Below, piece after piece: positions 28,750 to 37,559 of a DNA stretch of 55,753 nucleotides. A program made the position numbers and the translations under genes. Each line of letters begins with the position of its first letter. Positions within the stretch are counted from its first letter, which is position 1. The notes below the pieces were generated by a model. The model searched no databases, was not told the origin of the DNA, and saw only the letters and a program-made list of their open reading frames with translations. Origin of the DNA: an uncultured Candidatus Saccharibacteria bacterium (GTDB lineage: Bacteria; Patescibacteriota; Minisyncoccia; Portnoybacterales; UBA2143); assembly GCA_964548405.1 (NCBI GenBank), contig CAZJPW010000004.1, positions 1 to 55,753 on the forward strand, read 5' to 3'.

Positions 28750-30813
28750 TTATTTAGGCCAAGTTTCGACCATTAAGAATTTTTCTTTTTTAAATGGAAG
28801 TGTTTGGTAAATTGTTTCAGTCACAAAAGGCATGAAAGGATGTAATAGTTTTAAAGAGTTAACTAGGACGTAGGCTAGAATTTCTTTAGTTTCCTTATTA
28901 TCTTGTTTTTTGGCAGATTCAATGTATTTATCGCAAAAGTCGTGCCAGAAGAAATCGTAAAGTAAATGAGCTGCTTGGCCAAAGCGAAACTTTTCCAATT
29001 CTTTATCTATTTTTTTAGTAGTCTCAGACAGTTTTTTAAGGATTTTTTTGTCAGCTGTGGTTAGTTTTTTGCTATTAGGCGCTTTACTAGGCAACTTTAT
29101 CTTTTGATTGCCTATTTGCATTAAGGCAAATCTTGAAGCATTCCATACCTTATTACCAAACTTTTTGCCCATGATGATGTTTTCTTCTGAAAAGTGAATG
29201 TCTTGTCCGCCTAAAGATTGATAAATCATGCCAAATCTGGTGGCATCAGCTCCGTATTGATTAACTAAATCTAAAGGATTAATGCCTGTACCTAAAGATT
29301 TACTCATTCGTTTGCCGTCTTTGGTCAGGATAGTGGCATGAATAATTACATCAGTAAAAGGAATTTTTTTAGTAAATTCTAGCCCAGAATAGATCATTCT
29401 GGCTACCCAGAGGTTAATAATATCTCGAGCTGTGCTTAATACATCAGTTGGATAAAATTCTTTTAAATCTTTTGTTTTTTTGGGCCAGCCCAAAGTAGCA
29501 AAAGGCCACAAAGCTGAGGAAAACCAAGTGTCCAAAACATCGGTTTCACCTTCAATTGGAATTTTGTGGCCCCACCAGATTTGACGAGAAATACACCAAT
29601 CTTTGATGTTTTCCATCCAATCGAAATATATTTTTTCCATACGCTTGGGATGAAATTTAATCTGCCCGCTTTTAACCGTCTTAATGGCCATTTGAGCCAG
29701 TTTATCCATTTTAACAAACCATTGTTGGCTGATTAAAGGTTCAATAGTACTGTTACAACGATAGCAGCAAGGCACCTGGTGAAGATAGTTTTCCGTTTTA
29801 ATTAGAAGTCTTTGTTCTTCTAGTTTTTCAACGACTTTTTTGCGAGCGTCTAAAACTGTTAAGCTGGCAAAATCTTTACCGGCTTTTTTAGTCATCCTTC
29901 CTTTATCGCTAATTACCTGAATTACTTGTAAATCATGCCTTTGAGCAATTTCTGCATCAACTGGTGAATGAGCTGGGGTAACTTTTACTGCTCCTGTGCC
30001 GAATTCAGATTCGATTATTCTATCAGCGATGATTGGAATCTTTCGGTTAGTTAGAGGTAAGACTGCTTTTTTACCGATTAATTTCTTGTATCTTTTGTCA
30101 TTAGGGTTAACTGCTACAGCAGTATCGCCTAACATTGTTTCTGGTCGAGTGGTGGCGACAGTAATGTATCCTTTGCCGTTAGCTAGGGGGTATTTAATAT
30201 ACCACAAGAAACTTTTTTCTTCTTTATGTTCTAGTTCTAAGTCAGACAGGCTGGTTTGACAGCGTGGACACCAGTTAACTACTCTTTTGCCTTTGTAGAT
30301 CCAGCCTTTTTTGTAATAATGCAGGAAAGCGATTTTGACCGCCTCTTGATAGTCAGGATCCATGGTAAAGGCAGTTCTTGACCAATCACAAGAATTACCT
30401 AGTTTTTTGAATTGATTTGATATTAAATCTCCGTATTTGTCTTTCCATTTCCAAACTTCTTTGAGGAATTTTTCTCTGCCTAAGTCATGTCTAGTTATTC
30501 CTTCTTTTTTTAGTTTTTTTTCAACTACGTTCTGAGTGGCAATACCAGCGTGGTCTGTCCCAAAAACCCACAAAGTTTTGTACCCTTTCATTCTTTTCCA
30601 GCGAATCAGAATATCCTGGGTAAAAGCGTTAAGAGCGTGACCCATATGCAGTTCGCCAGTCACATTAGGAGGCGGATTAGCAATAGTATATCTTTTGGCT
30701 GTTTTTTTAACTTTTAATTTATCAGGATTAAAAAAGCCTGACTTTTCCCAAGCTTGGTAAATCTTATCTTCAGATTCTTTCGGATTGTATGATTTAGGCA
30801 ATTCAGTTGACAT
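28750..30813 (-). CDS. valS: valyl-tRNA synthetase (687 aa; CP1 editing motifs present, no long C-terminal coiled-coil)
   Basis: ANPPPNVTGELHMGHALN, TTRPETMLGDTAVAVNP, GTGAVKVTPAHSPVD and KMSKS (GKRMSKSLG). Confidence 0.85.
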   Translation of the reverse strand: MSTELPKSYNPKESEDKIYQAWEKSGFFNPDKLKVKKTAKRYTIANPPPNVTGELHMGHALNAFTQDILIRWKRMKGYKTLWVFGTDHAGIATQNVVEKKLKKEGITRHDLGREKFLKEVWKWKDKYGDLISNQFKKLGNSCDWSRTAFTMDPDYQEAVKIAFLHYYKKGWIYKGKRVVNWCPRCQTSLSDLELEHKEEKSFLWYIKYPLANGKGYITVATTRPETMLGDTAVAVNPNDKRYKKLIGKKAVLPLTNRKIPIIADRIIESEFGTGAVKVTPAHSPVDAEIAQRHDLQVIQVISDKGRMTKKAGKDFASLTVLDARKKVVEKLEEQRLLIKTENYLHQVPCCYRCNSTIEPLISQQWFVKMDKLAQMAIKTVKSGQIKFHPKRMEKIYFDWMENIKDWCISRQIWWGHKIPIEGETDVLDTWFSSALWPFATLGWPKKTKDLKEFYPTDVLSTARDIINLWVARMIYSGLEFTKKIPFTDVIIHATILTKDGKRMSKSLGTGINPLDLVNQYGADATRFGMIYQSLGGQDIHFSEENIIMGKKFGNKVWNASRFALMQIGNQKIKLPSKAPNSKKLTTADKKILKKLSETTKKIDKELEKFRFGQAAHLLYDFFWHDFCDKYIESAKKQDNKETKEILAYVLVNSLKLLHPFMPFVTETIYQTLPFKKEKFLMVETWPK

Positions 30814-30905
30814 AAATAAATTTTTACTTTATAGTGTGTATAATCAAATTAGTTCTTCTTATGTTTGTAAATATACTCTATTAACCACTTTTTTTCAAGG
30901 AGGCA

Positions 30906-31124
30906 ATGATGGATAAAGAAAAATTAGTAAAAGATATCATTAGTGCTTTGTCAGAGGTAACAGGTTCTCGGCCAGAGGAATTTGAGAGTCAAAGCGAGGT
31001 TTCTTTTAGTATGTTTGTCCCTGTTATTATTAGAATGAACAGGAAAAGCGGGTTTTCTTTTGACCCAAATTTTTGTTTAACCGTAGAACAATTCGCCCAG
31101 GTTTTGATTGAATCAGCGAGTTGA
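30906..31124 (+). CDS. hypothetical small protein (72 aa)
   Basis: A strong RBS caaggaggcaatg and an upstream TATAAT at 30839-30844 support this ORF. No family recognised. Confidence 0.4.
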   Translation: MMDKEKLVKDIISALSEVTGSRPEEFESQSEVSFSMFVPVIIRMNRKSGFSFDPNFCLTVEQFAQVLIESAS

Positions 31125-31144
31125 TGATTTATTTAGAGCCAGTC

Positions 31145-32110
31145 TCATTTAGAGGCTGGCTGCTTTTTGTACACTGCCGCTAGGGCGGTCATGGCGCCAT
31201 TGTCAGTACAGAGTTTAATATCCGGCATTTGGAATTTAATATTCAGTTCATTAACTGATTTTTCTATTTGTTTTCTTAGTTCGGGATTAGCTGCTACGCC
31301 GCCAGACAAGATAACTGTTTTAACTTTGTATTCTTTGGCTGCTTTGATTGTTTTTTTAATTAAAACATCAATCGCTGCTTGCTGGAAAGAAGCAGCCATA
31401 TCATTAATATATTTTTGTGAAATCTTTTTTTGTTTTTTGACTTCGTAAAGCACAGCTGTTTTTAAGCCAGAAAAAGAAAAGTCATAATCTTTGGAATTAA
31501 TCATTGGTCTAGGTAAATTAAAAACAGAGGAATCGCCTTTTAAGGCTCTTTGAGAAATTAAGGGTCCGCCTGGATATCCTAATCCTAAAAGTTTAGCTAC
31601 TTTGTCAAAAGCTTCGCCGGCCGCGTCATCTCTGGTCTGGCCTAATATTTTAAAATCTCCGTATTTTTTGATTAAAACTAATTGGGTGTGTCCGCCAGAA
31701 ACTACTAGAGCTAAAAGAGGAAATTCAGGTTTAGTGTCATTGAACCAGTTGGCGTAAATATGCCCTTGAATGTGATTAATTTCCATAATTGGTTTTTGCC
31801 AGTTATATGCCAAGGCTTTGGCAAAATTCAATCCAACTAAAAGACAAGGAATTAAACCCGGTTTATGAGTCACAGCTATTAAATCAATTCTTTGATCGCC
31901 AGCTTGTTTTAAAGCTTGTTGTAAAACAGGCTTAATGTTTTTTAAATGGGCCCGGGCAGCCAAATTAGGCACCACACCACCATGGGGGGCGTGTACCTTG
32001 ATTTGAGAAGAAATTACATTAGAAAGAATCCGGCATTTTTTTTGCCGGTCAAATTCAACTACTGCAATTCCAGTGTCATCGCAAGATGTTTCTATGCCTA
32101 AGATAATCAT
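31145..32110 (-). CDS. tsaD: tRNA N6-adenosine threonylcarbamoyltransferase
   Basis: MIILGIETSCDDTGIAVV...HMEGH-like HIQGHIYA...SGGVAANPELR. Confidence 0.85.
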   Translation of the reverse strand: MIILGIETSCDDTGIAVVEFDRQKKCRILSNVISSQIKVHAPHGGVVPNLAARAHLKNIKPVLQQALKQAGDQRIDLIAVTHKPGLIPCLLVGLNFAKALAYNWQKPIMEINHIQGHIYANWFNDTKPEFPLLALVVSGGHTQLVLIKKYGDFKILGQTRDDAAGEAFDKVAKLLGLGYPGGPLISQRALKGDSSVFNLPRPMINSKDYDFSFSGLKTAVLYEVKKQKKISQKYINDMAASFQQAAIDVLIKKTIKAAKEYKVKTVILSGGVAANPELRKQIEKSVNELNIKFQMPDIKLCTDNGAMTALAAVYKKQPASK

Positions 32111-32152
32111 ACTTTACAAATCATAACTTAGGTTGTATCATATTACAAGTAT

Positions 32153-32224
32153 GGCCCCATCGTCTAGTGGTTAGGACATTAGCTTTTCAAGCTAAGAACA
32201 GGAGTTCGATTCTCCTTGGGGCTA
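32153..32224 (+). tRNA. tRNA-Glu(TTC)
   Basis: GGCCCCATCGTCTAGTGGTTAGGACATTAGCTTTTCAAGCTAAGAACAGGAGTTCGATTCTCCTTGGGGCTA. The first acceptor pair is G1:U72. Confidence 0.8.
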
Positions 32225-32237
32225 CTAAATAAAAACT

Positions 32238-32924
32238 ATGGCTACTATAAATAAAGAAGTTACAATTAAAAAATTTCAAGGGTTTATTGAAGAGGTATAT
32301 GGATTATCTAATAATCGGTATTTTAGCTTGGGTGATATGATTGTTAATATGGAGCGTTTCCTAATGAGAAGCCTTAAAGGCATCAGAAAAGGAAACGATC
32401 AAAAAGCTAAATCAAATCTGTTATTATCATTAAGCTGGTTTATGTCAATTATGAACCGTCTTCATATTAATGTTGAAGATGAAGTTTGGAAACGATTCCC
32501 TTATCTTTGTTCCTATTGCGGAACTTATCCTTGTCTCTGTAAAAAAGAAAAAGTCAAAACAAGAAGAAAAGTTATTATTGATAATAAAAAGCGTCCTAAA
32601 ACCCTAAAACAGTTCCAAAGAATGTTTGATGATATTTATCCATCAGCGGCCCGAACTCTGGAACATGCCGGAGTTCATTTAGCCGAGGAGCTCGGAGAAT
32701 TTTCAGAGGCAATCATGACTTTTAGGGGCGCTCACAATGATGAAGATTTCAATCGAGTGAAAATAGAAGCAGCTGATTTATTCTCGTGTGTAGCTGGCGT
32801 CTTTAATTCATTGGAAAAGGATATAGTTGACGGACTGGTCAAACTGTATTCAAAAAACTGTCACGTTTGTAAAAAAGCGCCTTGTGCTTGCAGCTTTAAC
32901 TACATTTCTAATTATAAGTCTTAA
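32238..32924 (+). CDS. MazG-like NTP pyrophosphohydrolase-fold protein with Cys-rich insertions
   Basis: HLAEELGEFSEAI matches the MazG EExGE helix, and an earlier helix LSLSWFMSIMNRL may be a second MazG-like unit. Cys clusters CSYCGTYPCLC and CHVCKKAPCAC are present. Confidence 0.45.
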   Translation: MATINKEVTIKKFQGFIEEVYGLSNNRYFSLGDMIVNMERFLMRSLKGIRKGNDQKAKSNLLLSLSWFMSIMNRLHINVEDEVWKRFPYLCSYCGTYPCLCKKEKVKTRRKVIIDNKKRPKTLKQFQRMFDDIYPSAARTLEHAGVHLAEELGEFSEAIMTFRGAHNDEDFNRVKIEAADLFSCVAGVFNSLEKDIVDGLVKLYSKNCHVCKKAPCACSFNYISNYKS

Positions 32925-32940
32925 TTAATGACTAAAAAAT

Positions 32941-33486
32941 ATGGCTTTTGAAAAATCACAAACAAATAATGAACCAAAAACAGAAGAGTATAAGCCGGAA
33001 GGTCGTCTTAGAAGTACCGAAGAGATTGCTATGGAAAGATCTGATAAAATATTACAAGAAGACAGAAAAAAAGTAATAGAAAGAAAAAAACACCTTGAAA
33101 CAGAAAAACAAAGAACCATATCTGATAATAAATTATTAAAAGGCGGAGCTGAATATCAAGTTGATAAAAATAACAACGCTTTTTTAATGCCTACAGAAGA
33201 ACAAGTAAAAGAAGCCCGTAAAGAAATGAATGAAGTTTTCGAGAAAAGAGAAGAAGTAGAAAAAAATAAAGAAGCTGAACATAAAGAAAAGATAACTAAG
33301 GTTGCAAGGAGGAAAACTGAAAAAGAGGCAGAATTACTAAAAGGAGGCGCTCGTTATGTTATTAACAAAAAAGGTAAAAGAGTTATAGTTTTGACTAGAA
33401 AACAAAGGGAAAAGAAGAGAAAATGGAAAACAAGACAAGAAAAGGCAACAGGAGTTTGGGGTTGGTTTAAATCACTTTTTAGATAA
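32941..33486 (+). CDS. highly charged K/E-rich protein with two LLKGGA-Y repeats
   Basis: LLKGGAEYQVDKNN and LLKGGARYVINKKG sit in a K/E-rich background and are reminiscent of KGG stress-protein repeats. Confidence 0.45.
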   Translation: MAFEKSQTNNEPKTEEYKPEGRLRSTEEIAMERSDKILQEDRKKVIERKKHLETEKQRTISDNKLLKGGAEYQVDKNNNAFLMPTEEQVKEARKEMNEVFEKREEVEKNKEAEHKEKITKVARRKTEKEAELLKGGARYVINKKGKRVIVLTRKQREKKRKWKTRQEKATGVWGWFKSLFR

Positions 33487-33495
33487 AATATTTTA

Positions 33496-34557
33496 ATGCC
33501 TTTATCTATTGGAATAGTTGGCTTGCCTAATGTGGGCAAGTCAACTTTGTTCCAAACTTTAACCAAGAAGCAAATAGACCGGGCTAATTATCCTTTTTGC
33601 ACCATAGATCCTAATGTAGGTGTAGTTACTGTACCTGATCAAAGAGTGGATAAATTAGCTGAGTTAACTAAATCAGCCAAGAAAATATATACGACTATTG
33701 AATTTATTGATATTGCTGGATTAGTTGAAGGAGCCCATCAGGGAGAAGGATTGGGTAATAAGTTTCTGGCTAATATTAGGAAAACTGATGCCATTTTATA
33801 TATTTTAAGGATTTTTAAAAATGAAAAGATAGTTAATACTCAAAACAAGATAGATCCTTTAGGATCTAAAGAAATTTTAGATACGGAAATGGCTTTGAAG
33901 GATATGGCTACTTTAGAAAAAAGATTGGTTTCTTTAGAAAAAGAAGCCAAAAGATCAAAAGAAGCTCTAAAAGAAATTGGTCTTGTTAAAAAAGCTAAAG
34001 AGATTCTAGAACAGGGAAAACTGCTTTGCGAAAATATATCGGAAGAAGATAAAGAAACTTTAAAACAATATCAGCTATTAACCCTTAAGCCAAGACTTTT
34101 CCTTTTAAATGGCAGTCAAAATGAATTAACTGATCAAATTAAGAATGAGTTTGAAAAAAATAATTGGCCTTATCTAACTATAGACATCTTAAATGAATTT
34201 GAAGTGGATAGTTTGAGTCAAGAAGAAAAAAAGGATTTAGGAGTCACAAATGATTCAGGCCTTGATGTATTAATTAAGGAATCATATAAGCTTCTTAATC
34301 TGATTACTTTTTTGACAACCGGGTCTGACGAAACAAGGGCTTGGACCATAGAAAAAGGAAGCTTGGCGCCCCAAGCTGGCGGAGTTATTCATACTGATTT
34401 TAAAAAAAACTTCATTAAGGCTGATGTCATTTCTTATCAAAATTTAATTGAGGTAGGCAGTATTGCTCAAGCTAGGGAAAAAGGATTAATCAGAATTGAA
34501 GGCAAGGATTATATTATTAAGGACGGCGATGTTATAGAAATCAAACACGGGGCTTAA
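33496..34557 (+). CDS. ychF: ribosome-binding ATPase YchF
   Basis: G1 motif GIVGLPNVGKSTLF and the C-terminal TGS motif IHTDFKKNFIKADVISY. Confidence 0.85.
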   Translation: MPLSIGIVGLPNVGKSTLFQTLTKKQIDRANYPFCTIDPNVGVVTVPDQRVDKLAELTKSAKKIYTTIEFIDIAGLVEGAHQGEGLGNKFLANIRKTDAILYILRIFKNEKIVNTQNKIDPLGSKEILDTEMALKDMATLEKRLVSLEKEAKRSKEALKEIGLVKKAKEILEQGKLLCENISEEDKETLKQYQLLTLKPRLFLLNGSQNELTDQIKNEFEKNNWPYLTIDILNEFEVDSLSQEEKKDLGVTNDSGLDVLIKESYKLLNLITFLTTGSDETRAWTIEKGSLAPQAGGVIHTDFKKNFIKADVISYQNLIEVGSIAQAREKGLIRIEGKDYIIKDGDVIEIKHGA

Positions 34558-34584
34558 AAATTATAGGAGAAAGGGGGGTAGTCT

Positions 34585-34758
34585 ATGAATGGTTCTTTAA
34601 CGCTAAAGAAGAAAGTTTCCTCAGGTGAGAATAAAGAGACCTCTTTCGAAGTCGTAGAAGCAGAAAATATTCCGAATATTGAAAAAGGAGCGCTTCTAAC
34701 ACCCAAGAATGTTGATTGCTTCAAGGCTTTTGACTGGGTTGAGATTTCGTATGTTTAG
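34585..34758 (+). CDS. unannotated small ORF (58 aa) with a strong SD
   Basis: ggagaaaggggggtagtctATG. The product is MNGSLTLKKKVSSGENKETSFEVVEAENIPNIEKGALLTPKNVDCFKAFDWVEISYV. It is below the 60-aa cutoff of the ORF track. Confidence 0.35.
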   Translation: MNGSLTLKKKVSSGENKETSFEVVEAENIPNIEKGALLTPKNVDCFKAFDWVEISYV

Positions 34759-34811
34759 ATAGGCCTCGTTGATAAAATCCCAAAACTGATCTTAATTTGA
34801 CAGGATGACGC

Positions 34812-36845
34812 TTGCGTGTTATCCTGTTTCTAATTCAGATGAGGAAAATATTAATAATTTTTTTAATTATGTCCCTGGGAGGGGCTTTTAGTTTTCCAGT
34901 AAATGCTTTTGAAGTTAAGGAAGAATTTCCTAAATTAGCCAACTATTACCTTCAATCTTTAATCCCATCATATATTTATAGTGATTTGGCTAAATATGAT
35001 TTATTAATTCTAGATGTAGATACTCAAACTCATCAACCAGAGATGTTTACAGAAATTGAAAAGAAGAACCCCCAAGTTCAATTCTTAGCATATATCCTTA
35101 GTGAGAGTATTAATATTGAATATCTGGATTGGTGGGCTCGTTTTCGCAAAATGACTTATCAGAAAGTTGAATCAGAAGATTGGTGGTTAAGAGATAGTCA
35201 AGGAGATCTAATTGGTTTTTCCGAAATTTGGCCTGATCACAAGTTTGTTGATCCGGGTAATGGCTGGGTGGAATATATGTCAGACTTAGTTGCCCAAGAT
35301 GTTGCTTCACGGGATATCTGGGATGGTATTTTCTATGATATGGTTTTTGGCCAATTGGACTGGCTTAATGATGGAGATTTTGATATAGATAAAGACGGCA
35401 TTAAAGATAGTCCAGAAGAGATTAATAGCTATTGGCAAGAACACACTAAGGAATTAATGGATCAGACTAAGGCTAAAATTAATCCTAAAGTCTTGGTGGC
35501 CAACCTTGATTTAATAAACTATTATCAAGATAGTCTTAATGGAACAATGATAGAAAACTTTCCTGCTCAATGGTTGGGAGAGGATGCCTGGCCTTGGCTG
35601 ATTGATCAATATATTAATCATTTTCCGGCCAATGCCCAAGATCCCCAAATATATGTGATTAACGCCAATACCGATAATATTGGCCATATGGCTGATTATC
35701 AAAAAATGAGGTTTGGATTAACTAGTGCTCTTTTGGGAGATGGTTATTATTCTTTTGATAAAGGAGATCAGAGCCATGCCCAGAATTGGTGGTATGATGA
35801 ATATAATGTTAGTTTGGGTAAAGCTATTTCTAAACCTTCTAACTTATTAGATCTCAATAATCAGGAAGTTAAACCGGGATTATGGCGCAGAGATTTTGAA
35901 CAGGGAGTCGCTTTAGTCAATTCAACTAACCAAGAGCAGACTTACGCTTTTTCCGGTGAAGAATTTGAAAAAATAAATGGAATACAGGATAGAAGGATTA
36001 ATAACGGGACAAAGATTAATCTGGTTACTATAGATTCAAATGACGGAGTTGTTTTATTAAAAACAAACCAGGAAATCAGGAATAGCAGTTTTAATAACGG
36101 AAGTTTTGTCAGGATTTTCAATGATCAAGGCCAGCAAACCCAAAATGGATTCTTTGCTTTTAAAAGTCAGTTTCCAGGCAATGTTCAAGTTTTAACAACT
36201 GATTTAGATAACGATGGTAAGGACGAAACGTTAGTTAATGGTAATGGAATAATTTCAGTTTACGAGGATAATAGGAAGATAAGAGAGTTTAAGCCATACG
36301 ATTTTGAAGGCGATGTATTTCTATCAACAGGCGACGTTAATGGAGATGGAGTTAATGAAATTGTCACGGGCGTAGGATTGGGCGGAGGCCCTCATGTAAA
36401 AGTATTAGATCAAGAAGGTCAGATTATTAGCGAATTTATGGCTTATGACGAAAGATTTAGAGGCGGAGTCAGCGTTTCAGTCGGGGATATTAATAACGAT
36501 GGAATTGATGAAATTGTTACGGGAACAGGCATAACGGGCGGGCCCCATGTAAAAATAGTTGATCAGTATGGTAATTTGATTAATGAATTTATGGCTTACG
36601 ATGAAAGATTTAGAGGCGGAGTCAATGTCGCTTTGGGCGACCTTAACAGTGATGGGTCTGATGAGATAATTACCGGGGCTGGACCAACGGGCGGACCTCA
36701 TGTTAAGGTTTTTAACCAGCATAACAGAATATTAAATGAATTCATGGCATACAACGAAAACGACAGGAGTGGTATAATGGTAATGAGTGATGATTTGGAT
36801 AAAAATAATTTTTATGAAATTTTAGTTGGGATAATAAATTTTTAA
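34812..36845 (+). CDS. secreted protein with an N-terminal GH114-like (TIM-barrel glycosidase-like) domain and three C-terminal FG-GAP/VCBS repeats
   Basis: Signal peptide. The N-terminal domain carries YDLLILDVD...FLAYILSE...WDGIFYDMVFGQLDWLNDGDFD, which resembles the GH114 FDLvvID and GFDGvflD motifs. The C-terminus has three 51-aa repeats of the form GD(V/I/L)N.DG..EI(V/I)TG.G..GGPHVK... The true start may be MRKILIIF at 34842. Confidence 0.4.
   Translation: MRVILFLIQMRKILIIFLIMSLGGAFSFPVNAFEVKEEFPKLANYYLQSLIPSYIYSDLAKYDLLILDVDTQTHQPEMFTEIEKKNPQVQFLAYILSESINIEYLDWWARFRKMTYQKVESEDWWLRDSQGDLIGFSEIWPDHKFVDPGNGWVEYMSDLVAQDVASRDIWDGIFYDMVFGQLDWLNDGDFDIDKDGIKDSPEEINSYWQEHTKELMDQTKAKINPKVLVANLDLINYYQDSLNGTMIENFPAQWLGEDAWPWLIDQYINHFPANAQDPQIYVINANTDNIGHMADYQKMRFGLTSALLGDGYYSFDKGDQSHAQNWWYDEYNVSLGKAISKPSNLLDLNNQEVKPGLWRRDFEQGVALVNSTNQEQTYAFSGEEFEKINGIQDRRINNGTKINLVTIDSNDGVVLLKTNQEIRNSSFNNGSFVRIFNDQGQQTQNGFFAFKSQFPGNVQVLTTDLDNDGKDETLVNGNGIISVYEDNRKIREFKPYDFEGDVFLSTGDVNGDGVNEIVTGVGLGGGPHVKVLDQEGQIISEFMAYDERFRGGVSVSVGDINNDGIDEIVTGTGITGGPHVKIVDQYGNLINEFMAYDERFRGGVNVALGDLNSDGSDEIITGAGPTGGPHVKVFNQHNRILNEFMAYNENDRSGIMVMSDDLDKNNFYEILVGIINF
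36331..36766 (+). repeat. three 153-nt imperfect tandem repeats inside the CDS, encoding the FG-GAP blades
   Basis: The units begin near 36331, 36484 and 36637, for example ...gatgaaattgttacggg...ggcggaggccctcatgtaaaagtattagatcaagaaggt.../...gggcgggccccatgtaaaaatagttgatcag... Confidence 0.7.
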
Positions 36846-36849
36846 TAAC

Positions 36850-37557
36850 ATGACAAACAAAACACCAAAAAATCATTATATATTTTTAGGAGCTATCACT
36901 ATTATAGCCTTAGGTTTGGTTTGGTATTACAGCCAGGTAACAGTTAATGAAATCAGCATCTTGACTAGTAATATTAGCGGTGTTGTTATCGAGAATAAAG
37001 ATGAGCCAAAGGACGAATCTAAGAGCGAGTCAAGCGAGCCAAGCGAACCAGAAAAATTCGTCTGCCAAAGTCCTATTCTAAAAGTAGATTCAGTTGGTTT
37101 GTATTATAGTTCTCAAGGTGATCAATTGGGAGTTGGGCCTTTGCCACCCATGGTTAATGTCCAGACTAGTTATTGGGTATTTTGGGAAATATCCAATTTG
37201 AACAAAAACTTAAAAGATTTCGAAGTTACTGCTCAGTTGCCAGATGGGATTGTTTGGAATAACAAGAAAACTGCTTTAGCTGGTAGTTTACAATACGGTG
37301 AAATGACCAGAAAAGTGGTTTGGACAGTAGATCAGGTTGAACAAGGTAAAGGAAATTACAAAGTTGGTTTTGAAGTTGGTTTAATTCCTACAGATCAGGA
37401 TACAGGAAAAATTTTAAATCTATTGACTGATATTAAGTATCAAGCAATAGATAAGAGTTGTAATGAGAAAGTTAGTGGTAGTTTAAATAATATTACCACT
37501 GATTTAGTTTTTGATAATTTGGCTAAAGGTAAAGGAATAATTATTCCGTTTGAATAA
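36850..37557 (+). CDS. membrane-anchored hypothetical protein with a Ser/Glu-rich linker
   Basis: N-terminal TM (IFLGAITIIALGLVWYY), then a linker KDESKSESSEPSEPEK, then a beta-rich domain. It lies between the GH114-like gene and the GT2 gene. Confidence 0.5.
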   Translation: MTNKTPKNHYIFLGAITIIALGLVWYYSQVTVNEISILTSNISGVVIENKDEPKDESKSESSEPSEPEKFVCQSPILKVDSVGLYYSSQGDQLGVGPLPPMVNVQTSYWVFWEISNLNKNLKDFEVTAQLPDGIVWNNKKTALAGSLQYGEMTRKVVWTVDQVEQGKGNYKVGFEVGLIPTDQDTGKILNLLTDIKYQAIDKSCNEKVSGSLNNITTDLVFDNLAKGKGIIIPFE

Positions 37558-37559
37558 AT

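Noticed and set aside
30906-31124. Possible acyl carrier protein
   Set aside because: The size fits, but the DSL phosphopantetheine-attachment motif is absent. I kept it as a hypothetical small protein.
36300-36770. Possible CRISPR array or mobile repeat
   Set aside because: The 153-nt repeats are in-frame protein-coding FG-GAP blades with no short spacer/repeat periodicity. I saw no CRISPR-like array or cas gene anywhere in the window.
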